Notes: generated from the letters alone by a model not told the origin. A stretch of DNA of 47,425 nt from Candidatus Doudnabacteria bacterium (GCA_016186915.1 JACPKU010000001.1:1-47425); one strand, 5' to 3'; positions 9,238 through 17,649 are shown, numbered from the stretch's first letter. Translations and numbers: made by a program.

Positions 9238-10179
9238 ATGGCGCAAGCTCTTTTTAAAAAAAAGAGTATTAAGATTCAGACTTTGGGAGAGTATTTAGTG
9301 CAGGTGAGAGAAAGATTGAATTTGGATATTAAGACTGCCAGCGCACTTGCGCAAATTAAGCCGGAGTACATAGCATTTTTAGAAGGTGAAAATTTTTCCA
9401 AGCTCCCGTCCGAAGTATACATCCGGGGATTTCTCAAACGTTTGGCTGAAGTTTATCAAATCAGTTCTCAGAGCCTGGTTGATCAGTATGAGAAGCAACA
9501 AGGTTTTGGGGCAGTGGCCCAACCCCGCCTTGTGCCGGTAAAACCCAAATTTAATTTTACCCCAAAAACTTTGATTGTCGTAACTTCAGTTTTATTGGCA
9601 CTGCTTGCTTTCGGCTACGTGTTTGCGCAAATCAAATCTGTGCTCACTGCCCCGGTTTTGATCGTCAGCTTGCCTGCCGAAGATACGCGCGTTTTGGGAA
9701 ACAGCATTATTGTTTCAGGGGAAGCTGAGATTGGGGCAGAAGTGTTGATCAACAATCAGGCAGTGTTACTGGATAAGCACGGTCAATTTACCGAAAATCT
9801 GATTCTCGGTCCTGGTCTTAATGTTATAGAAATCGTGGCGAAAAATAAGTTTAATAGAGAATCCCGGGTCATTCGGCAGGTAAACGCGGAAGTTGTTGAG
9901 AACCCCCCTGTTTTAGAGGTGAAACCTGTGAATATTACTGTGGAAATCGGCCCGGAAAGCACTTGGATATATATGGAGGCAGACGGTGTGGTGGTGCAGA
10001 GAGGGACCATGCTCGCAGGTTCCTCCAGGACAGTTTCAGCAACAGAGGAAATATTGCTAACTTCCGCCAATGCCGGTTCCACCAAAGTTATTTATAACGA
10101 CAACGATTTGGGGAAACTAGGGCGCCCTGGCGAAGTGATACGCAACGTAGAATTTAATCCCAAGCCTGTCAATCCTTAA
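9238..10179 (+). CDS. rodZ: RodZ-like cytoskeleton protein (HTH + TM + DUF4115)
   Basis: N-terminal XRE-type HTH (LGEYLVQVRERLNLDIKTAS), one TM helix, and a C-terminal beta domain like the RodZ C-terminus. Confidence 0.6.
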   Translation: MAQALFKKKSIKIQTLGEYLVQVRERLNLDIKTASALAQIKPEYIAFLEGENFSKLPSEVYIRGFLKRLAEVYQISSQSLVDQYEKQQGFGAVAQPRLVPVKPKFNFTPKTLIVVTSVLLALLAFGYVFAQIKSVLTAPVLIVSLPAEDTRVLGNSIIVSGEAEIGAEVLINNQAVLLDKHGQFTENLILGPGLNVIEIVAKNKFNRESRVIRQVNAEVVENPPVLEVKPVNITVEIGPESTWIYMEADGVVVQRGTMLAGSSRTVSATEEILLTSANAGSTKVIYNDNDLGKLGRPGEVIRNVEFNPKPVNP

Positions 10180-10328
10180 TCCCGGATCTGGTATTAAATT
10201 ATCCAATGGCATATAATGGGTTTACCCCGTTAGAAGTGCTGATGGCGTTGTCTAGCCGGGGATATAATAATTTTTTTATTTGATAATAACCACGGATAAA
10301 AATATAAAACTTCTAACAAGGTGAGTTT

Positions 10329-11357
10329 ATGGCTAAGGTTACCAAACAAGAAAACAAGGACAATCTGGAACAGGCGCTGGCCGGAATCAGAGACAAGTTC
10401 GGCGAGGGTTCGATCATGACTTTGCAAAAAGCCAAGACCATGAACGTGGAAGTGGTTCCGACAGGTTCGATCTCTCTTGATTTGGCCTTGGGTGTTGGCG
10501 GCATTCCGAAAGGCAGAGTGATAGAAGTTTTTGGACCTGAGGCTTCAGGCAAAACCACTTTGGCGATGCATATGGTAGCAGAGGCGCAAAAGATCGGCGG
10601 GGTGGCGGCGTTTATCGATGCTGAACACGCTCTTGATCCAGAGCGGGCCAAAGCCGTGGGCGTGAAGATCGACAAACTTTTAATTTCACAACCAGACAGC
10701 GGTGAGCAAGCTTTGGATATTGTGGAGTCACTGGTGCGATCCAATGCCGTGGACATAATTGTTCTCGATTCAGTAGCGGCTTTAACCCCCCGAGCCGAAC
10801 TTGAGGGGGAAATGGGCGACTCGCATATGGGCTTGCACGCCAGACTGATGAGTCAAGCGTTGCGTAAACTCACGGCTATTATTTCCAAGTCAAAAGCTAC
10901 GGTAATTTTCATAAACCAGATAAGAATGAAGATTGGAGTTATGTTCGGCAACCCAGAAACTACCACTGGCGGTCAGGCTTTGAAGTTTTATTCCACCATT
11001 CGGATAGAGATCAGGAAGATTTCACAGATCAAGCAAGGAGAAGCCATCGTCGGCAACCGGGTAAAAGCGAAGATTGTGAAAAATAAAGTGGCTGCCCCCT
11101 TCAAAGTTACCGAATTTGATATCATGTTTTCCGAAGGCGGCATATCTTTCAGCGGCGATCTTTTGGATACGGCAGCCAAGTATGAGGTGGTATCCAAAGT
11201 TGGCAACACTTATTCATTTGGTGAGACGAAGCTGGGCGTGGGCAGAGAAAATTCCAAAAAGTTTTTACAGGACAACCCAGAGGTATCAGCTCGGCTTGAG
11301 CAAGTGCTGAGAAAAAAGGTTTTGGAGCCTCAGCCAGTGGCAGAGAGCGGAGAATAG
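10329..11357 (+). CDS. recA: recombinase RecA
   Basis: [11 protein letters not shown] Walker [19 protein letters not shown], and the L1/L2 loop regions. Confidence 0.97.
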   Translation: MAKVTKQENKDNLEQALAGIRDKFGEGSIMTLQKAKTMNVEVVPTGSISLDLALGVGGIPKGRVIEVFGPEASGKTTLAMHMVAEAQKIGGVAAFIDAEHALDPERAKAVGVKIDKLLISQPDSGEQALDIVESLVRSNAVDIIVLDSVAALTPRAELEGEMGDSHMGLHARLMSQALRKLTAIISKSKATVIFINQIRMKIGVMFGNPETTTGGQALKFYSTIRIEIRKISQIKQGEAIVGNRVKAKIVKNKVAAPFKVTEFDIMFSEGGISFSGDLLDTAAKYEVVSKVGNTYSFGETKLGVGRENSKKFLQDNPEVSARLEQVLRKKVLEPQPVAESGE

Positions 11358-11366
11358 GCAAAAATG

Positions 11367-11395
11367 TTGACAAGCATATAAAAATTTGTTATACT
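11367..11395 (+). promoter_or_regulatory. near-consensus promoter, TTGACA-17-TATACT
   Basis: TTGACA at 11367-11372, 17-nt spacer, TATACT at 11390-11395. It heads a ~470-nt ORF-poor region. Confidence 0.6.
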
Positions 11396-11866
11396 AGATT
11401 TAGAACCTTAAAATAGTTTAGAAATCAAGGATAGCGGGGAGACTTAAGCATATAAAACCATGTATTTTTAGGGTTCCTCACTATTCGTAAGAGCTGTTCT
11501 AGTCCAGCTGTTTGTAAAACAAAAACAAAAACCCGTTTGTTCAAAACTAAACAAACACAAAACAAAAATGTTCGGTGCTCACGCACCATAAGAATAGTGA
11601 AGATGTTGCTTATAGATAGACTAGATATATAAGTGTTTCGGTTTTTGCACCACACATGTTTACCTCTGCTTGAGATTTACTCTTTAAGCGGAGATAAGCT
11701 GTAGCAAGAGCCGCCCACAGGGCGGATCTCGTCACATAAATCTTTTTTGCGGACGGTATGATCCGTCCTGTAACCCAACTAATTGTTTTTTGAGGGGACA
11801 GGATCCGAGTTTAGGCCTTTTGAATAGGGCTTTTTTAATTGTTTATCAAGTGATATAATTTATCAT

Positions 11867-12205
11867 ATGAACAAAGAGTTAATAGAAGAAAACAAGCAAA
11901 AGCTGCTCTCTGAAAAACAGAGAATTGTTTCTATACTTTCCCGCGCTGGGAAAAAAGAAGGCAAGGGTGAGTTTCCCGGCGAATATAAACCTAACTTTCC
12001 GGAGATGGGAGACAAGGGAGATGAGAACGCGGCGGAAGTTACACAGTTTGAAGCAAGCCTGGATTTAACCAAAAGACTAGAGGGCAAACTGAAGAGGGTG
12101 GAAGCCGCACTGAAGAGAATTGAGGATGGGACATACGGCAAAGATGCCCAAGGCCGCGACATCCCGGAAGCAAGATTGCGCGCAGTACCCGAAGCAGACT
12201 CATAA
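11867..12205 (+). CDS. DksA/TraR-like protein lacking the Cys4 zinc finger
   Basis: A coiled-coil N-terminus, then LKRVEAALKRIEDGTYGKDAQGRDIPEARLRAVPEA. This aligns to the DksA zinc-finger region but has no cysteines. Confidence 0.5.
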   Translation: MNKELIEENKQKLLSEKQRIVSILSRAGKKEGKGEFPGEYKPNFPEMGDKGDENAAEVTQFEASLDLTKRLEGKLKRVEAALKRIEDGTYGKDAQGRDIPEARLRAVPEADS

Positions 12206-12594
12206 TGCGGATGCTGAAGAGTTTATTTTTTTTAATTTTGCTTGATCAAATCACGAAAGCGTATTTTGTTTCTCGTGATTTTTTTGTCAGAAATTACGGT
12301 TTGCCGTTCGGGTTGGACTTTGGATTGGTTTGGAACATCGCGGTCGTTTTAGCCGGCTTGTTTTTTTTCGTCTGGTACTATATCAAAACCCAACCCCGAG
12401 ACGATAAAATTTTGGTCTTGGCGTTTGCTTTGGTTTTTGCCGGCGCAATCAGCAATTTGCTGGACAGGCTGTTTTTGGGTTTTGTCCGCGACTTTGCGGA
12501 TTTGGGCTTGGGCTTTGTTTTTAATTTGGCAGATATTTTTATTGCTATCGGGCTAATTTTGATCTTTTCACAAACCAAGGGGAATGAAGTATAA
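12205..12594 (+). CDS. lspA: signal peptidase II (lipoprotein signal peptidase)
   Basis: GAISNLLDRLFLGFVRDF and FNLADIFI motifs, with four TM segments. Confidence 0.8.
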   Translation: MRMLKSLFFLILLDQITKAYFVSRDFFVRNYGLPFGLDFGLVWNIAVVLAGLFFFVWYYIKTQPRDDKILVLAFALVFAGAISNLLDRLFLGFVRDFADLGLGFVFNLADIFIAIGLILIFSQTKGNEV

Positions 12595-12681
12595 TACGTA
12601 TTGTGATGTTAGCAAGTTAGTCGAGCATGCGCGCTAGGCAGTTTAAAGTTCATTACCTGCCTGTCTGGCCTTGCCATTTTT

Positions 12682-12758
12682 GGGCCTGTAGCTCAGTTGG
12701 TCAGAGCAAGTGTCTTATACACACTGGGTCGAAGGTTCGAGTCCTTCCAGGCCCACCA
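12682..12758 (+). tRNA. tRNA-Ile (anticodon UAU), CCA encoded
   Basis: Hand-folded cloverleaf. Acceptor GGGCCTG/CAGGCCC, anticodon stem AGTGT/ACACT, loop CTTATAC, T-arm GAAGG-TTCGAGT-CCTTC. Confidence 0.9.
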
Positions 12759-12843
12759 AGGAATGATATCAGCATGGCGGGCAGGTACACAATTGGTCCT
12801 AGGTTTGAATCCTGGGCGCACACCAAAAAGCTTAATGAAAAAA

Positions 12844-12866
12844 GAAGGCGCGGAAGCGCCTTTTTG
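12844..12866. terminator. bidirectional intrinsic terminator
   Basis: GGCGC-GGAA-GCGCC hairpin (12847-12860) flanked by an A-run upstream and TTTTT downstream. It lies between tRNA-Ile and the convergent prs. Confidence 0.6.
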
Positions 12867-12899
12867 TGGTGCAGGGGCTTTGGTTTGCCGCCTGCAACC

Positions 12900-13862
12900 C
12901 TAGAGAATCATTGGGGAGAGGGATTCCTCCGTATGCAGTCGATTGATGGCTTCAGCCAGAAAGCGATCCATGGAGAGTATTCTGATCTTGGGACACATTG
13001 CGAGACGGTCGGGATCTTGAGGAACACTGTCCGTGACGATCACCTGCTCGATCGGACTTTGATTGATTCGATCTAACGCAGGTCCGGAGAACAGGCCGTG
13101 CGTGGCGAATACCAAGATCCGTTTCGCTCCAGCCTCGCGCGCTGCCTTGGCGTCGGCCTCGATTGTCCCTGCGGTGTCCACCATGTCATCGACGAACAGG
13201 ACATCGCGGTCCTGTACTTCTCCGATAATCTTGACATGGTCGTCATCTACTTTCCCAGGCTCTGATCGATCCTTGGTGAACAGTACGTAGTCAGATTGCC
13301 CCAAGATCTTCGCGTACTTTCCCGCGCGTGGGCCGCCGCCCTTGTCGGGTGACGCGACCACGAATGGCTCAGTCAGCAATCCCTTGAGGTAGTCGATCGC
13401 GATCTTTGAGGCGTAGAGGTGGTCGCTTAGCACTCCGAACAGTCCGAACATGCTGATCGTAGGCTCGGAGTGGACATCGAAGAGCAATACTCGATGACAG
13501 CCGCTGGTCGCCAGCGTTTTGATTACGACCCGCGCTCCCACTGAAACTCTGGGTTTATCCTTGCGGTCTTGGCGGTTGTAGCCAAGATACGGAATCACCA
13601 GCGTGATCCGCCTAGCAGACGACTCTCTGCACGCATCGGTGAAGAGCAGAAGGTCGACGAGGTTCCTCTCGACCTGTGGCGGGCAGATGGAGCCGATGAT
13701 GAACACGTCTGCTCCACGGACGTTTTCTCTGATCCGTGCCAACAGCTCTCCGTCCGGAAACCGGTTCAGGTTGGCCTTCCCCTGCTCACAAAGGAGGTGG
13801 TGGCAGGCCTTCTCGGCCAGTACTGTTCCAGACTCGGTCGCAAATATGATTCTATCGTTCAT
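12900..13862 (-). CDS. prs: ribose-phosphate pyrophosphokinase (PRPP synthetase), high-GC
   Basis: RFPDGE, VIPYLGYNRQDRK, DVHS and VDDMVDTAGT motifs. Start at ATG 13862, preceded by AAGGAGG and a 6-nt spacer. Confidence 0.9.
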   Translation of the reverse strand: MNDRIIFATESGTVLAEKACHHLLCEQGKANLNRFPDGELLARIRENVRGADVFIIGSICPPQVERNLVDLLLFTDACRESSARRITLVIPYLGYNRQDRKDKPRVSVGARVVIKTLATSGCHRVLLFDVHSEPTISMFGLFGVLSDHLYASKIAIDYLKGLLTEPFVVASPDKGGGPRAGKYAKILGQSDYVLFTKDRSEPGKVDDDHVKIIGEVQDRDVLFVDDMVDTAGTIEADAKAAREAGAKRILVFATHGLFSGPALDRINQSPIEQVIVTDSVPQDPDRLAMCPKIRILSMDRFLAEAINRLHTEESLSPMIL

Positions 13863-13900
13863 TCCGTTCCTCCTTAAGGATTGGAGTTGTTGAACATTAT

Positions 13901-13930
13901 ATTGTAGCTGTGGATAAAGGATCTTGACAA
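13901..13930 (-). promoter_or_regulatory. promoter for prs, TTGTCA-18-TACAAT
   Basis: On the minus strand, TTGTCA at 13930-13925 and TACAAT at 13906-13901. The -35 overlaps a + strand TTGACA at 13924-13929. Confidence 0.5.
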
Positions 13931-14039
13931 GAGGTGAACGATCGTTTACCATATATTATGGAAGTCAAATAATCGAAGGAGCTGGCATTATCAATGCCGC
14001 CTGATAGTCCTGGTTCCTTCGAAACTTCCGAAAACGATT

Positions 14040-14684
14040 ATGAAAGAATTGAACCACAAACAGAAAAAATTATTGGAGTTTATTACAGACGAAATTCAGG
14101 GCCGCGGGCTGCCGCCTAGCGTTTCAGAAATGGCTGCATATTTGAAAGTTAAATCCAAAAATGCGGTTGCTAAAATGCTTAATGTTCTTGAGGACAGCGG
14201 ATTGATTAGACGCTCTGGTAAAGCCAGAGGCGTGGAAGTGTTAACAGCACAAGGTAGTGTTGTGAGTAGAGGGCTTATAAATTTACCAATCATTGGCCGA
14301 ATTACTGCGGGTCTGCCCATGCTGGCAGAAGAGCAGATCGAAGACTGGCTGAATTTACCCACAAGCTTGATTAAGGGACGCAAAGATGTGTTTTTATTGC
14401 GTGTTCAAGGCATGAGTATGAAGGACGCGGGCATCTTGGAGAAAGATTTGGTCTTGGTTAAGCAACAAAAAATCGCAGAACCGGGGGATATTGTGGTGGC
14501 GTTGTTGGAAGACGAGGCCACGGTAAAAAGATTGGTCAAGTCCACCAAAGGTGGATCCGCCTCTGGCGGAAAAGATACCAAATTCTTTTTAAAAGCAGAG
14601 AACAAAGCTTATCCCAATATTTACCCTGAGCACGAATGGTCGATCCAGGGGAAAGTAATCGGAGTTGTTAGGAACCTAGAATAA
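14040..14684 (+). CDS. lexA: LexA repressor carrying an in-frame repeat insertion
   Basis: N-terminal winged HTH (PPSVSEMAAYL), cleavage-site region, and S24 peptidase motifs GMSMKDAGI and VKRL. There is an extra KGGSASGGK loop. Confidence 0.9.
   Translation: MKELNHKQKKLLEFITDEIQGRGLPPSVSEMAAYLKVKSKNAVAKMLNVLEDSGLIRRSGKARGVEVLTAQGSVVSRGLINLPIIGRITAGLPMLAEEQIEDWLNLPTSLIKGRKDVFLLRVQGMSMKDAGILEKDLVLVKQQKIAEPGDIVVALLEDEATVKRLVKSTKGGSASGGKDTKFFLKAENKAYPNIYPEHEWSIQGKVIGVVRNLE
14541..14573 (+). repeat. 33-nt GC-rich double-hairpin element, in-frame copy 1
   Basis: TCCACCAAAGGTGGATCCGCCTCTGGCGGAAAA. It consists of two TCC(R)CC-N3-GG(Y)GGA hairpins. Confidence 0.85.
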
Positions 14685-14878
14685 TGAGCGAATTTGAAAA
14701 ACAAAAAAGTACTATCGCAAGACAGCTGCAGTCACTTTGTGCGCATTGTGATAATGGGATTTTGCACAGCTGCCGACTGCAAACACTTGCTTTAGAAGTT
14801 AAGCGATTAAAAGGAATACCGCTGATTGTCAATGATCGTTTTAGCGGGATGCTGTTCACCCGCACACCAAATAATTAA
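14684..14878 (+). CDS. hypothetical small Cys/His-containing protein, start overlaps the lexA stop
   Basis: ATG at 14684 overlaps the lexA stop codon by 1 nt (TAATG). 64 aa with CAHC..HSC. No family recognised. Confidence 0.4.
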   Translation: MSEFEKQKSTIARQLQSLCAHCDNGILHSCRLQTLALEVKRLKGIPLIVNDRFSGMLFTRTPNN

Positions 14879-14891
14879 CCAAGGGAATTAT

Positions 14892-15125
14892 ATGCCGGAC
14901 TTTGCACCAACGCTATTTTCCACGAAAGTGGCAGCTGGACGCCGAACTTACTTCTTTGACGTCAAGAACGCCAAGAACGACAAGCCTTTTCTCAAAATCA
15001 CCCAGTCCGAAATCAATGGGGAAGAGAAAAAGAAAAGCTACCTGAATATCTTTGATTCAGAAATCACTGACTTCAGCGGCGCGCTTGCTCAAACCGTGGA
15101 GTATATCAACCAAAACGCGAAATAG
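14892..15125 (+). CDS. PUR-alpha-like / DUF3276 family nucleic-acid-binding protein
   Basis: VAAGRRTYFFDVKNAKNDKPFLKITQS is the typical bacterial PUR-repeat pattern. Start chosen at ATG 14892. Confidence 0.55.
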   Translation: MPDFAPTLFSTKVAAGRRTYFFDVKNAKNDKPFLKITQSEINGEEKKKSYLNIFDSEITDFSGALAQTVEYINQNAK

Positions 15126-15128
15126 CAC

Positions 15129-15165
15129 AAAGCCCTGAATCCAACAGATCAGGGCTTTTGTAATT
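15129..15165 (+). terminator. rho-independent terminator
   Basis: AGCCCTGA (15131-15138) / TCAGGGCT (15149-15156), followed by TTTTGTAATTTT. Confidence 0.75.
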
Positions 15166-15192
15166 TTATTTTTTTAATTTTAAACTGTAGAT

Positions 15193-16713
15193 ATGCCAAC
15201 GAAAGTTTATTCCGCTGCCATAGTTGGTTTGGACGCCGCTCCGATAGAAGTAGAGGTTGATATTTCCGGAGGATTGCCAAAAGTGATTATTGTGGGGTTG
15301 CCTGACACAGCAGTGCAGGAAGCGCGCGAGCGCGTCAAATCGGCCATCAAAAATTCCAATTCAATATTCCCGCCGTCCCGAGTAGCAGTTAATTTGGCAC
15401 CCGCAGATATTCCCAAAAACGGCACGCATTATGATCTGCCGATTGCGCTTTCCATCATGCTCAATTCTGGCCAGGTATTTTTTGAACCCAAAGGCAAATT
15501 ATTCATCGGCGAGCTGGCTTTGGACGGGACAGTCAGATCAGTGGTGGGGGTGCTTCCGATACTGCTCATGGCCAAACAGCAAGGGTTCAAAACAGTTTTT
15601 GTGCCCGAGCCCAATGGTAAAGAAGCCAGCCTCGTTTCGGGTATAAAAATTATCCCAGTGAAGAATTTATTGCAGCTGGTCGGATATTTGCAGGGTTTAA
15701 TTAAAATTCGGCCGATCCCGCAGATGGACTGGCTGCAAGTTTTGAGCAATGCTGAATCAGGGTTTGATATGAAGCTCATAAGAGGACAGGAGGCGGCGAA
15801 GCGCGCTTTGGAGATTGCGGCCGCCGGTGGACATAATATTTTGCTTTCCGGTCCGCCAGGTACTGGGAAGACTTTATTGGCCAAGTCCTTGCCGTCTATC
15901 TTACCCAAGCCCACAGTGGATGAGGTTTTGGAAATAACCAAAATTTACAGTGTTGCGGGGTTGCTTAATTTGAGTAAAACTTTGATAACAAGCAGGCCGT
16001 TTCGGCATCCGCACCATACTTCTTCCGCCGTATCATTGGTTGGCGGCGGTTCCACTCCCAAGCCAGGAGAAATTTCCTTGGCCCATCGCGGCGTTTTATT
16101 TTTGGATGAATTTCCAGAATTTGGCCGCTCGGTTTTGGAAAACTTAAGACAGCCTTTGGAAGATGGTGTGGTCACCGTGGCTCGGGCACAGGCCACGATT
16201 ACTTTCCCGGCGGCCTTCACCTTGATCGCGGCGCAGAATCCTTGTCCTTGCGGGTTCTTTGGGGATAAAGAGCGGACTTGTGCTTGTTCCCCGGCGCAAG
16301 TCATGAAGTACCATAAAAAAGTCTCGGGGCCGCTTCTGGACCGGATTGATATTTGTATTGAAGTTGGCCGGATTGAGTACGAAAAATTATCCAGCGAGGC
16401 TGACGGTGAAGACTCTGTCAGCATCCAACAACGCGTGCAGAAAACTCGGGACATCCAAACCGAAAGGTTTAAAAATTTTTTTCACATCAACACCAACTCC
16501 GAAATGGGCATTAAGGAAATTCGGGAGTTTTGCGGAATCGGCGAGCTAGAGAAGGAACTTTTAAAAGCCGCAGTGATAAAGATGCACCTGTCTGCCCGGT
16601 CCTATCACCGAATTTTGAAACTCGCCCGGACCATCGCGGACTTAGCGGGCGATGACCACATTTCCACCACCCATTTGGCCGAAGCCCTGCAGTACCGCCC
16701 AAAGACGGAATAG
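15193..16713 (+). CDS. YifB/ComM family Mg-chelatase-like AAA+ ATPase
   Basis: Lon-like N-terminal domain, Walker A GPPGTGKT, LFLDEFPEF, and a C-terminal ChlI-like domain. Confidence 0.9.
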   Translation: MPTKVYSAAIVGLDAAPIEVEVDISGGLPKVIIVGLPDTAVQEARERVKSAIKNSNSIFPPSRVAVNLAPADIPKNGTHYDLPIALSIMLNSGQVFFEPKGKLFIGELALDGTVRSVVGVLPILLMAKQQGFKTVFVPEPNGKEASLVSGIKIIPVKNLLQLVGYLQGLIKIRPIPQMDWLQVLSNAESGFDMKLIRGQEAAKRALEIAAAGGHNILLSGPPGTGKTLLAKSLPSILPKPTVDEVLEITKIYSVAGLLNLSKTLITSRPFRHPHHTSSAVSLVGGGSTPKPGEISLAHRGVLFLDEFPEFGRSVLENLRQPLEDGVVTVARAQATITFPAAFTLIAAQNPCPCGFFGDKERTCACSPAQVMKYHKKVSGPLLDRIDICIEVGRIEYEKLSSEADGEDSVSIQQRVQKTRDIQTERFKNFFHINTNSEMGIKEIREFCGIGELEKELLKAAVIKMHLSARSYHRILKLARTIADLAGDDHISTTHLAEALQYRPKTE

Positions 16714-16730
16714 GCTATAATGTGTAGGTT

Positions 16731-17609
16731 ATGGATCAACCGAAGAAAATTAGAAAAGCGATTATTCCAGCCGCTGGTTTCGGGACCAGATTTTTGCCGG
16801 CCACAAAAGCGCAGCCAAAAGAAATGATGCCGGTGGTGGACAAGCCGATTATTCAGTACGTGGTGGAGCAAGCGGTCGCGGCAGGCATTGAACAAATTAT
16901 TATCGTGACCGGCTGGCATAAACGCGCGATTGAAGATCATTTTGATCGTCATTTTGAATTGGAAGCCAGGCTGGAACAATCCGGCAAGAAAGAGCAATTA
17001 GAAGAGATTCGTAAAATTTCAGATCTGGCGGATTTTGTATATGTGCGGCAGAAAGAGCCGCTCGGCAACGGCCACGCGGTTTTGGTGGCCAAAGACGTGG
17101 TGGGAGACGAGCCGTTCATAGTGATGTGGGGTGATGAATTTTTTTACGCCGAACCATCTGCCATTGCACAATTAATCAAAGCTTACGAACAATACCATTC
17201 TCCAGTGATTGCCGGAGTCAGAGTGGATCGCAAAGATGTATCGCGGTATGGAATCGCGGAAATAGAAGCGGTTAAGGATAATATTCATAAGATAAAGAGC
17301 ATTGTAGAAAAACCCGAGCCTAGCGCGGCCCCGTCCAATCTGGCCACGCACGGCAACTACTTGCTTACGCCAGATATTTTTGAGATTTTGGAGAATTTAC
17401 AGCCAGGAAAAGGCGGAGAAATTTGGTTGCCTGATGCAATAGGTCAGCTTATAAAGACACGAGACGTATATGCGGTGGAGCTTGAGAACGCCAGGTATTA
17501 TGATTGCGGCAACAAGCTGGCTTATCTGAAAGCTGTCGTTGAGCTCGCGCTTAAGCATGAGGATTTGCGAGAGGAGTTTGGCCAGTTTCTTAAAAATATT
17601 GTAAAATAA
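16731..17609 (+). CDS. galU: UTP--glucose-1-phosphate uridylyltransferase
   Basis: KAIIPAAGFGTRFLPATKAQPKEMMPVVDKP and the VMWGDEF motif. Confidence 0.9.
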   Translation: MDQPKKIRKAIIPAAGFGTRFLPATKAQPKEMMPVVDKPIIQYVVEQAVAAGIEQIIIVTGWHKRAIEDHFDRHFELEARLEQSGKKEQLEEIRKISDLADFVYVRQKEPLGNGHAVLVAKDVVGDEPFIVMWGDEFFYAEPSAIAQLIKAYEQYHSPVIAGVRVDRKDVSRYGIAEIEAVKDNIHKIKSIVEKPEPSAAPSNLATHGNYLLTPDIFEILENLQPGKGGEIWLPDAIGQLIKTRDVYAVELENARYYDCGNKLAYLKAVVELALKHEDLREEFGQFLKNIVK

Positions 17610-17649
17610 AAACATAGGGAGGGGGAGACTAAGCTGAAATAAAAAATAC

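Noticed and set aside
10180-10328. A LexA (SOS) box upstream of recA, shared with the lexA upstream region (13960-14039).
   Set aside because: The local palindromes (GGCATTATCAATGCC upstream of lexA, and TCGAAGGA...TCCTTCGA) have no counterpart upstream of recA. No CGAAC-N4-GTTCG-type motif was seen. This cannot be supported without motif discovery on more promoters.
11425-11655. A 76-aa minus-strand ORF in the recA-dksA spacer.
   Set aside because: It has a low-complexity translation and no SD. It is antisense to a region downstream of a strong + strand promoter. The region is better explained as non-coding RNA or a leader.
12759-12832. A second intact tRNA gene directly after tRNA-Ile.
   Set aside because: Only a T-arm-like hairpin and an acceptor-3'-like tail are present. 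No complementary 5' acceptor strand, D-arm or anticodon arm could be folded.
12627-13076. A 149-aa + strand ORF spanning tRNA-Ile, the terminator and the 3' end of prs.
   Set aside because: It reads straight through a well-folded tRNA and an intrinsic terminator, and it is antisense to prs. Not coding.
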